Source: an uncultured bacterium (GTDB taxonomy: Bacteria; Fidelibacterota; Marinisomatia; Marinisomatales; UBA1611). From it: a stretch of DNA of 48,321 nt. This document shows, piece by piece, positions 1 to 7,888 of this stretch (positions are counted from its first letter, which is position 1; the number at the start of each line of letters is the position of its first letter). The stretch is taken from contig CALSPG010000009.1 in assembly GCA_943788175.1 (NCBI GenBank), positions 1 to 48,321 on the forward strand, in the 5' to 3' direction. A program made the translations under genes and the position numbers. The notes under the pieces were generated by a model. The model was not told the DNA's origin and did no database searches. It was given only the letters and a program-made list of their open reading frames with translations.

Positions 1-306
1 ATAAATGGAAATATTCGGTCAATTACAAATCATGTTAAGCATGGTAAAGGAATAAGAAAATGGAGCCGTGAGGAATACGATAAAAAGGGTAGGAAACATG
101 GAGCCTGGATTGGCTGGGATGAGAATGGGTTAATGAGTTATGAAACGGTATGGGAATTTGGTTTTCATAGGCAATATAGAGAGTGGCATAAAAATGGATC
201 TAAGAAGCTTATAATTAGGTATGATGATGAAGGTAATGTGGCTCTAATGAAAAAGTGGGATGAAGAAGGAAACGAAATTATAAAAACATCGTCTCTTAAT
301 GGTTAA
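1..306 (+). CDS. 5'-truncated MORN-variant repeat protein (YwqK-like)
   Basis: Not in the ORF track. Frame 1 is open from base 1 to TAA at 304-306 and reads ...YDKKGRKHGAWIGWDENGLMSYE...YREWHKNGSKK...KKWDEEGNEI..., typical MORN-variant W/Y-x-x-N-G motifs. Confidence 0.75.
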   Translation: MNGNIRSITNHVKHGKGIRKWSREEYDKKGRKHGAWIGWDENGLMSYETVWEFGFHRQYREWHKNGSKKLIIRYDDEGNVALMKKWDEEGNEIIKTSSLNG

Positions 307-868
307 TAAATCAGTCGTAATAACCTTACCAATCGTTGGTGCAGTTTTATTAGAAAGAAGTAATCGAGCGAAGCATATACGCATGTCCATTAAGCCGCCC
401 TCGAATATCCGTGTTGCCGTTCCGGTTGGGGTTAGTTTTGAGGAAGCTCAAAATTTTGCAGAAGAAAAAGAGTCATGGCTACAAAAGCAGATTCAAAAAT
501 TTTCAATTTCAAAATCTATATGCCTCTATGAAAAAAGTGAGCAAGAATCAAAAGAGGAAATCTTGCAAATAAAAGAAGCTATTATCAACCGAGTAAAACA
601 TTTATCCCTAAAATATAAATTCAGGCATAATAAAATTTCTATAAGACGTATGAAAAGTAGGTGGGGGAGTTGTAGTTATAATAATGATATAAGAATTAAT
701 ATATGTGTGAGCTATTTGCCACAAAGATTACAAGACTATATTATATTACATGAATTGATGCATACTAAGATAAAGAATCATAGTAGACATTTTTGGTCAG
801 AACTAAATAATATCATCTATGAATTATATGAAATACGAAAAGAGCTTAAATATAATTATTTTTTGTAA
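299..868 (+). CDS. YgjP/DUF45-like zinc metalloprotein (M48-like)
   Basis: MKSRWGSCS, DYIILHELMH (HEXXH) and NHSRHFW motifs characteristic of the DUF45/YgjP family. Confidence 0.85.
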   Translation: MVNKSVVITLPIVGAVLLERSNRAKHIRMSIKPPSNIRVAVPVGVSFEEAQNFAEEKESWLQKQIQKFSISKSICLYEKSEQESKEEILQIKEAIINRVKHLSLKYKFRHNKISIRRMKSRWGSCSYNNDIRINICVSYLPQRLQDYIILHELMHTKIKNHSRHFWSELNNIIYELYEIRKELKYNYFL

Positions 869-880
869 AAATATTGCGGC

Positions 881-1327
881 ATGAGACAGTTATCAATATA
901 TATTTTATGTTTTTGGGTTTTATTACCTATGCGTTTGGTTTCGCAAAACTATTTTCAAAAGGAAGCTGGTATGATAGATGCTTTACGTAAAAGAAAAAAT
1001 GTTGCTTTCAAAAAGAAAACTCGAATACTTAATACGAGATTAGAGTTTGAGACAGATTTTGATATTATTTACCCAGGGACAGATAAAACTTGTTCCTATA
1101 TACTACGATATTTTTTCCATACAGATATACATTTAAATAAAGATTTGAACGAACTTATTTCTATGGATGGTACATCTTTTGTAATTAGTAAAGATGCTAG
1201 ATATCCTAAGATATCGAACCATGCTATCATGCTTACAGGTGAAGTTATAAAATTGATTGGCAATATGTACTTTGGTTATCATGAACTAGATGTCTTTTTA
1301 GAAACGTTTCCAAAGGCAAAGACTTAA
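881..1327 (+). CDS. hypothetical protein, probably exported
   Basis: 148-aa ORF with hydrophobic N-terminal segment; no family recognised. Confidence 0.55.
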   Translation: MRQLSIYILCFWVLLPMRLVSQNYFQKEAGMIDALRKRKNVAFKKKTRILNTRLEFETDFDIIYPGTDKTCSYILRYFFHTDIHLNKDLNELISMDGTSFVISKDARYPKISNHAIMLTGEVIKLIGNMYFGYHELDVFLETFPKAKT

Positions 1328-1334
1328 ATATCTA

Positions 1335-1721
1335 ATGGAGGAAAAGTTATTCAAAAGCGACAAAAAAAAAGAGCCCTTATGGAAAATTGCTCAAAATTGC
1401 AGATTAAAAAAAAATAATGGTGAATATGATACCTACAGAGATGCTTATAAGGCATCAATTAAAAAGATTAAATCAGATAATAGAATTATCACCGTAAAAA
1501 GCCTTGAAGCTGCCTATCATAAAGCAAAAACGAAAAAGAAAAAAATAAATAGAACTGTTTCTATCCCAATAATGATTACTCAAGAAATGAGGATGAGACT
1601 TAAAGGATTGAAATATAGCAGTTATGACATTCGTTATCTCACTCCTCAAAAAGCAAATGATATTATTCAGAATCAAGTTGTTAATAGAAGTCCGTCATTG
1701 AACCATGGTAGGAATCAATAA
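1335..1721 (+). CDS. hypothetical basic protein
   Basis: 128-aa Lys-rich ORF coupled to next gene by TAATG overlap; C-terminal helical motif IPIMITQEMRMRLKGLKYSSYDIRYLTPQKA. Confidence 0.6.
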   Translation: MEEKLFKSDKKKEPLWKIAQNCRLKKNNGEYDTYRDAYKASIKKIKSDNRIITVKSLEAAYHKAKTKKKKINRTVSIPIMITQEMRMRLKGLKYSSYDIRYLTPQKANDIIQNQVVNRSPSLNHGRNQ

Positions 1722-1933
1722 TGAATAATAAAAAAAGTGATAATTATAATCAAGAAAATGTTGGCAATATCCGCCATTTAAAGATGCCAGAGCGATTGTG
1801 GAAACTAGTTACGAAAGCCGCAAAAAATAATCGATCAGTTCATGATTATATAATCACCCTTATTGAAGATGATTTGATAAAAAGAAAAATGCTTAAAAAA
1901 TCGGAGAGAAAAAAGTTTCTTTCAAAGAAATAG
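1721..1933 (+). CDS. putative ribbon-helix-helix (Arc/CopG-like) DNA-binding protein
   Basis: 70 aa; IRHLKMP strand, ERLWKLVTKAAK helix, RSVHDYIITLIE helix match the RHH pattern. Confidence 0.6.
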   Translation: MNNKKSDNYNQENVGNIRHLKMPERLWKLVTKAAKNNRSVHDYIITLIEDDLIKRKMLKKSERKKFLSKK

Positions 1934-1966
1934 CTTTAAAGAATCAACAGACTGCACTTTAACCTC

Positions 1967-2281
1967 TTAGAATGCTAGACTAAACTGTTCACCGAGATTT
2001 AATGAATCTCTTTTATTAGCAGTAAAAATTCTTTCAGTAGTTTCAAAATTTATTTTGCAGAGTGTAATATTTATCAATGTGCTTTTTGCTTCTTCGAGAC
2101 TTTGCTTTTTTGTCTGATATATCCAAATTTTAGTGTTTATTCCAACTGCTGCTAGTTCAAAGTCTTTTCGCCTTCGCATTTTAAGGTTTATTTTTGAATC
2201 ATTCGTTTGAAACCTATATACTTTATCTTCACGTATGTTTGGAGCTTCTCTCCACATATATGTAATGTAATTATTTATCAT
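1967..2281 (-). CDS. hypothetical protein ending in QFSLAF
   Basis: 104-aa ORF in otherwise empty space, convergent with the RHH gene. Confidence 0.6.
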   Translation of the reverse strand: MINNYITYMWREAPNIREDKVYRFQTNDSKINLKMRRRKDFELAAVGINTKIWIYQTKKQSLEEAKSTLINITLCKINFETTERIFTANKRDSLNLGEQFSLAF

Positions 2282-2432
2282 ATTTCTATATTTACATTGT
2301 TTGTTTTAGTTAATAGTTCTTAAAAATTGATGAGATAATGTTAATTAACAATAACTAAATATATCTACTAATTGAAATATATGAATTCAGATAAAATATT
2401 ACGATTTAGGATATTTAGGTAATAATATTTTA

Positions 2433-2586
2433 TTAAATATCTATTATCATCTTTCCAATATACGGTTAAAGTGATATCGAAACTTTACAGTCTCTGTCCA
2501 TTGGTCTTTGGGGTTCTTCCTATTCTTTTTCCATTATGTTTGATAGACAGATACCATGTGCTGTTGTTTTTATAAAGTGACGATAT
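2433..2586 (-). pseudogene. remnant of a tyrosine recombinase/integrase N-terminus
   Basis: Minus strand 2586-2485 translates ISSLYKNNSTWYLSIKHNGKRIGRTPKTNGQRL*, resembling integrase arm-binding N-termini (S-L-Y-K-x-x-x-x-W-Y...NGKR-x-R-x-S-L-x-T). First codon is ATA; possible frameshifted continuation to about 2433. Confidence 0.6.
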
Positions 2587-2634
2587 GTAAGTTCTCTTTG
2601 CATATGCAAGCATCTGCTATAAATATGCTACTAT

Positions 2635-2707
2635 GGGGCCGTAGCTCAGTTGGGAGAGCGCTTGGATGGCATTCAAGAGGTCGTCGGTTCGATTCCGTCC
2701 GGCTCCA
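2635..2707 (+). tRNA. tRNA-Ala (anticodon GGC), CCA not encoded
   Basis: Acceptor stem GGGGCCG/CGGCTCC with G3:U70, D-arm GCTC..GAGC, anticodon arm CTTGG-ATGGCAT-TCAAG, T-loop TTCGATT, discriminator A followed by CTG. Confidence 0.97.
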
Positions 2708-2773
2708 CTGATCAAAAATTATTCTGTTTTACCCGCCAGATATTTTAACCTTTTATTTTCATTGGAGATAATT

Positions 2774-3403
2774 ATGAAACAATATTTCACAGGATTTTTC
2801 ACAGCTACATGTCTTTCTTTTAGCCTATTTCTGTTTATGGGCGCACAAAATACTAAAGCTAGTTCCGATCCAATAATAATTACGAGCGATAACGGGACTA
2901 CTAAAATTGGTGGCGGCTTTATTGAAATTGATAGTCCAAGTGGAAAAAAAATCTTTGATGTAAGAGTTGGTGATTTTAATCATGGAGCATTAGCACTGTA
3001 TAATAAGACTGGAAAGATGAGTTCAAAACTAAGCGCTTTAGAATCAGGAGATGGTTACTTAAAAATTCACAATGAAGCTGGAGTAAAAGTAATTGATATA
3101 AAAAGTAGTTCATTTGGAGGCTTTTTTAAATCTTATAATGCTCAAAGCAAGCAAACAGCATATCTGGGCACCTTTCGCAATTTGAAAGGTGGTCTAATGA
3201 CATATAATGAAAAATTTGATTTGACATCATTTGTGGGTACCTCTGAAAAGTCAAATGGAAAGATATCTTTATACAATAACGATGGCAATAATGTTGTTCG
3301 ATTAGGATCACTATATACTAATGGCAATTCAGCAGATGGGTTTATTAGTTTGCATGACAGTTATGGTGAGCATGTTTGGCATAAAAGTGGTAAGCCGGAA
3401 TAA
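2774..3403 (+). CDS. exported or membrane-anchored protein with ~23-aa beta-type repeats
   Basis: Start reassigned to ATG 2774 (GGAG at 2764; the track start 2666 lies inside the tRNA). Hydrophobic N-terminus then about 7 G-x-hydrophobic-x-x-[YH]-[ND]-x-x-G repeats. Confidence 0.75.
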   Translation: MKQYFTGFFTATCLSFSLFLFMGAQNTKASSDPIIITSDNGTTKIGGGFIEIDSPSGKKIFDVRVGDFNHGALALYNKTGKMSSKLSALESGDGYLKIHNEAGVKVIDIKSSSFGGFFKSYNAQSKQTAYLGTFRNLKGGLMTYNEKFDLTSFVGTSEKSNGKISLYNNDGNNVVRLGSLYTNGNSADGFISLHDSYGEHVWHKSGKPE

Positions 3404-3454
3404 ATGCAATTACTATAATTAATTATTTCTCTACACAAAAGAGGTGCTGCTTAA

Positions 3455-5602
3455 TTGGACATTTTGAATAAGGTAGTAATGATAAGGGTTTTTTTACTGT
3501 TTGTTTTTCATATGATCTTTATCCAACAGGCTTTTGCTGAAATGACAATAAGAGGAATAGTCTTTCACTATCAAAATAATGACCCTATTGAAAACGTAAA
3601 CGTATATACAAGTGCTAGTAGAGGTACCTCCACTAACAATAGAGGTGAGTTTATTTTTCATGTTATGGAGGATGATTCAGTTCTTATTTTTGAGCACATA
3701 GGATTTATTAAGGTTTTTCAAAAAATCGATCAAAATGAAAAAAATATTTCTGTTTATCTTAAACCTAAAATAATTATTCTTTCTGAACTCAATGTTCTAG
3801 GTCAAAATGAAAAAGGTGTCTTTAACGAATTTGAAACAAAAAACATGATGAATAATATTGCAGTGAAAGATGCATCTTTCAGAACATACGAAGACATAGG
3901 CGATATTCTGATGAATGAAGAGTCGGTACGAATTGATGAAAGTTCTCGAGGAGAAAAAACAATTTCAATACGTGGTGCGAGACAAGAAGAAATGGTTTTT
4001 ATGTATGACGGTGTACCCATTAATAATGATAGTCGTAAAGCGCTAGACCTGTCCATGTTTTATATTGGTGGTTTAGAAGAGGTTGAAGTTGTCAAAGGTA
4101 ACCATGAAAGAGCTCTCGGAGCATCAGGCACTATTAACTTTGTTCCAAGTGTTTTTAATACAAATAGTTTTAAATTTTTTCAACGCTTTGGAACTTATAA
4201 CACTGGAAACTATAATAGTGCTGCAAGCATAGGAAATAAGTATCTATTTTTCCAAGCAGGTGGAGGAAAATCAGAATCGAGTCAGTTTTATAAAAATGCG
4301 GATAATCCTGATATTTATCGAGAATCTTCCAATGTTTTTATCAACTCAGGACTAAAATTTTTTTCAAATATAGAATTAAGAATTTTTCATTTAAACAATG
4401 AAAGAAATTTTCAGGATTATTATTTATCTGACTCTGTTGGTTCTTCTTTTAAAATAAATATATTTAAAATTGAAACCAATAGAGGCAGATATGGGGATCT
4501 TGACTTGTATATTTCAGATCAAATAATTAATGGAGGCGAGGCTATATCAGGAAAAAAGTTATCTCGAAATGACCATAAAACCATAGCTGGTTTTCATTAC
4601 AGAAAAAACTTAAATAAAGGATATATAATTTTTAATGGTGATAGGTCATATATAAATGCAGACTGGAAAACTAATGCCGATAATATTAATCTACTTAGAG
4701 AGAAGTTTTCTTTTTCCACCGCAATAGGTATATCACAAAAAAAGACGTATAAAGGATTTCAGATAAAGGATTTTGTGCTAAGCTTAAATTCTAATAATGT
4801 TATAGATAAGAATAATAGTGAAAGTAATTTATTGGAAAATTTAAAATGGCAAGATAGTGGAGCAAGCTTCTTTTTTTCAGCTTGGGATCGTCTAGATAAT
4901 GCTATCGTATATCTATATGCAAACTTAGGAAGCAACTTCCGAATCCCAGGTATCTATGAAAGATATGCTTATGCGTTTCGACCATCCATATTTAATGATA
5001 ATTCACTCTTAATAGAAAGTAAGCTTATGAAAGAGTTTGGATTAAAAATTAACTCGCTTGTAAATCAAAATGCTCCAAATTTTAATTCATCAATCTCATA
5101 TTTTAACTATAGCTATAAAAACAAAATTAAGACTATACAATACAGTGCTTCATCATTGCAATTCCCTCTTAATGATGGCGATGCTTCTATATCTGGAATT
5201 GATATTATAACTGAAGTGTTTACAATTAAAAAGATGCTTGGGTTTCGTTCTATCTATTCCCTTTATAATTATTCTGACCAGCTTTCCTTTTCAATGCAGC
5301 CATTGAGTATTTTACGAGATAATATTTTATTTAAGTGGGGCTCTTTTCAAGCAAAAATAACCTTAAAAAAAGAAGGTAGACGCGTACTTTCAACAATAAA
5401 TAGCCTTGGCGAATTAGAAAATAATTACTTACCTGATTATCAAGCTTTAGATGCTCACGTTTCTTACGTTTTTAGCATAGGAGACTACAAAGCAAATGTT
5501 GCGATTTTTGGACAGAATTTAAATGATAAATCGCAAGTGCTTGAGGGTATTTCAATTTTTGATAAAAGAGTTTTTTTTAGCCTAGGATTTCAATGGCGAT
5601 AA
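3455..5602 (+). CDS. TonB-dependent receptor with N-terminal carboxypeptidase-regulatory-like domain
   Basis: Signal peptide; PIENVNV..GTSTNNRGEF..HIGF; plug motifs ISIRG..DGVPIN..EVEVVKG..GTINF; C-terminal strand FSLGFQWR. Start may be ATG 3479. Confidence 0.88.
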   Translation: MDILNKVVMIRVFLLFVFHMIFIQQAFAEMTIRGIVFHYQNNDPIENVNVYTSASRGTSTNNRGEFIFHVMEDDSVLIFEHIGFIKVFQKIDQNEKNISVYLKPKIIILSELNVLGQNEKGVFNEFETKNMMNNIAVKDASFRTYEDIGDILMNEESVRIDESSRGEKTISIRGARQEEMVFMYDGVPINNDSRKALDLSMFYIGGLEEVEVVKGNHERALGASGTINFVPSVFNTNSFKFFQRFGTYNTGNYNSAASIGNKYLFFQAGGGKSESSQFYKNADNPDIYRESSNVFINSGLKFFSNIELRIFHLNNERNFQDYYLSDSVGSSFKINIFKIETNRGRYGDLDLYISDQIINGGEAISGKKLSRNDHKTIAGFHYRKNLNKGYIIFNGDRSYINADWKTNADNINLLREKFSFSTAIGISQKKTYKGFQIKDFVLSLNSNNVIDKNNSESNLLENLKWQDSGASFFFSAWDRLDNAIVYLYANLGSNFRIPGIYERYAYAFRPSIFNDNSLLIESKLMKEFGLKINSLVNQNAPNFNSSISYFNYSYKNKIKTIQYSASSLQFPLNDGDASISGIDIITEVFTIKKMLGFRSIYSLYNYSDQLSFSMQPLSILRDNILFKWGSFQAKITLKKEGRRVLSTINSLGELENNYLPDYQALDAHVSYVFSIGDYKANVAIFGQNLNDKSQVLEGISIFDKRVFFSLGFQWR

Positions 5603-6477
5603 ATAAGTTTTTAACCTTTTTTGTTTTAATTCTTTGTTGTGCTTGTACATCCAATCCTTTTTGGGAAGATAGTCCCTCAAAAAAAATAAATATTCAAGGT
5701 TATATAAATACGCAAAGTAGTGTTTCCGATGTGCGTACATTCGTTTTTGTTGAACATCTAAATATTTCAACATATACAGATACTTCGGGTTTTTTTTCTA
5801 TTGATCTTCCAAACTTAGAAATGGAAGATGGCGTTTTTAGTGGAGCTGTAAAAGTGTATTATTATATTCATAATTATACGGTGGCTTACTCGACTTTATA
5901 TATAACAAATGGAAGATTAACAAGCGAACAGGTTGACTTTGATGATAATGGTGTTCTTATTAATCCTATAATTTTAAAACAGCTTGCTTCTTTTGATTTA
6001 TCAGTTGATAACATTTGGAATAGATCAGATGGAGATACATTAAAATTAAGTTTAGCGATTACCTCAAAAAACCATCCTTTTAGCTATTGTTCTTATGTAG
6101 ATATTCAATCCAATCCTCGTCTTCATTCGCCTTCTGGAGTTTTGTTAAAATCAAAGACGAATCAAGCTGTTTATTATGATAAAAACAATACTGATATTCT
6201 ACAAAAAACTGATATTTCATTAAATGAAACTAAGGTTCTTGAGTTTAAAGTAGCGGCCAATAGTTTTTTTCCATTTATATTAGATGATTATATATTGATA
6301 GAGCAACAATTCCTGCAAAGTGGAGAGCACGAAGTCTTGCCTTATATTCACATAATTCAAGATGATATTCCAGATGAATTATTTGAGAGTATGGGCATTC
6401 AAAATGTAGCTATTATCGGAGAAAACTTTTTTAAAATGCCTATTGATGTAATCAAAGAAACTCTATTAATTCAATAG
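5593..6477 (+). CDS. hypothetical lipoprotein
   Basis: Lipoprotein-like signal (..LILCCAC-TSNP); overlaps the receptor gene end. Confidence 0.7.
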   Translation: MAINKFLTFFVLILCCACTSNPFWEDSPSKKINIQGYINTQSSVSDVRTFVFVEHLNISTYTDTSGFFSIDLPNLEMEDGVFSGAVKVYYYIHNYTVAYSTLYITNGRLTSEQVDFDDNGVLINPIILKQLASFDLSVDNIWNRSDGDTLKLSLAITSKNHPFSYCSYVDIQSNPRLHSPSGVLLKSKTNQAVYYDKNNTDILQKTDISLNETKVLEFKVAANSFFPFILDDYILIEQQFLQSGEHEVLPYIHIIQDDIPDELFESMGIQNVAIIGENFFKMPIDVIKETLLIQ

Positions 6478-6564
6478 AATTTAAATTATCGTAAATAATC
6501 TATTCTTTCTAATGAAGGAATTGCCATAAATTAAACTTCTAAATTTTTAATAAATGGAGATAAA

Positions 6565-6891
6565 ATGGCAGGGAATGTAATTGAGTATAGTGATCAAAAT
6601 TTTGATTCAGATGTTTTAGGGGCAGACACCCCCGTCCTAGTTGATTTTTGGGCGGTTTGGTGTGGTCCATGTAAGGCTATTGCTCCAATAGTTGAAGAAA
6701 TAGCAAGTGATTACGACGGTAAAGTAAAAGTAGGTAAAATGGATGTAGATAATAATAATCAAGTTGCGATGAAATATGGTATTCGCAGTATCCCGACTCT
6801 TTTACTTTTTAAAGACGGTGAAGTCGTAGATCAAGTAATAGGAAACGTAGGAAAGGATAGTATAGAGAGCATGCTTGAAAAAGCGCTCTAG
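6565..6891 (+). CDS. trxA: thioredoxin
   Basis: WCGPC active site, IPTL cis-Pro loop, GGAG RBS. Confidence 0.98.
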   Translation: MAGNVIEYSDQNFDSDVLGADTPVLVDFWAVWCGPCKAIAPIVEEIASDYDGKVKVGKMDVDNNNQVAMKYGIRSIPTLLLFKDGEVVDQVIGNVGKDSIESMLEKAL

Positions 6892-6913
6892 AATGCTAAT
6901 TAAATAACAATTC

Positions 6914-7837
6914 ATGCATAAAAAAGTCATCGTTATAGGTTCTGGACCGGCTGGTTTGACAGCCGCGGTCTACGCCGCAAGGGCAAATTTAGAGCCTCTA
7001 GTTTTTGAAGGTTCTCAACCAGGTGGACAACTTACCATCACTACAGATGTAGAAAATTTCCCTGGTTTTCCAGATGGAATCATGGGGCCTGAGCTCATGG
7101 ATCATATGAGGAAACAGGCTGTTCGCTTTGGTGCTAAATGCGAGTATAAAACTGTGACTAAAACCGATTTTTCTGAAAGCCCATTTAAAGTTTGGGTGAA
7201 AGATGTTAAATACACAGCTGATACGATTATTATATCAACTGGTGCATCTGCGCGATTACTAGGCCTAGATTCTGAAAAAGAACTTATGGGTTATGGTGTT
7301 TCGGCCTGTGCAACTTGCGACGGTTTCTTTTTTAAAGAAAAAGAAGTTATGGTTGTCGGCGGAGGTGATTCAGCAGCAGAGGAAGCAATATTTTTGACAA
7401 AATTTGCTTCTAAAGTGACAATCGTTCATAGAAGAGATGAATTAAGAGCTTCTAAAATTATGCGTGAAAGAGTATTAAATAATGATAGCATAGAAATTAT
7501 GTGGAATAGTGCTGTTGAAGATATTCATGGCACAAAAGAAACTGGCGTAACTGGAGTTAAAATTAAAGATACGTTATCTGGCGAGATGATAGATGTGAAC
7601 TGTGACGGTATTTTTATGGCAATCGGTCATGTACCAAATACAGGCATTTTTAAAGGTCAGATTGACCTTGATGGGAAAGGGTATATAAGTACCCAACCAG
7701 ATACGACAAATACGAATGTATCAGGTGTCTTTGCTTGTGGGGATGTGCAAGATCAAGTATATCGACAAGCAATTACTGCTGCTGGAACAGGATGTATGTC
7801 TGCAATTGATGCCGAGCGCTGGTTAGAAGATCATTAA
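6914..7837 (+). CDS. trxB: thioredoxin-disulfide reductase
   Basis: GSGPAG, CATCDG, GGGDSA, HRRDELRA, RQAITAAG motifs. Confidence 0.98.
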   Translation: MHKKVIVIGSGPAGLTAAVYAARANLEPLVFEGSQPGGQLTITTDVENFPGFPDGIMGPELMDHMRKQAVRFGAKCEYKTVTKTDFSESPFKVWVKDVKYTADTIIISTGASARLLGLDSEKELMGYGVSACATCDGFFFKEKEVMVVGGGDSAAEEAIFLTKFASKVTIVHRRDELRASKIMRERVLNNDSIEIMWNSAVEDIHGTKETGVTGVKIKDTLSGEMIDVNCDGIFMAIGHVPNTGIFKGQIDLDGKGYISTQPDTTNTNVSGVFACGDVQDQVYRQAITAAGTGCMSAIDAERWLEDH

Positions 7838-7888
7838 TAATTAGCATTACGTACCTTTCTATAAACTTCATTTTTTCGGAGGTATATA

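Noticed and set aside
2682-2700. U.U mismatch in the tRNA T-stem and missing CCA as signs of a pseudo-tRNA
   Set aside because: All identity elements are intact; this T-arm variant and non-encoded CCA occur in functional bacterial tRNA-Ala genes.
2666-2773. N-terminal extension of track ORF 2666..3403
   Set aside because: Overlaps tRNA-Ala; ATG 2774 has an RBS and starts a signal-like segment.
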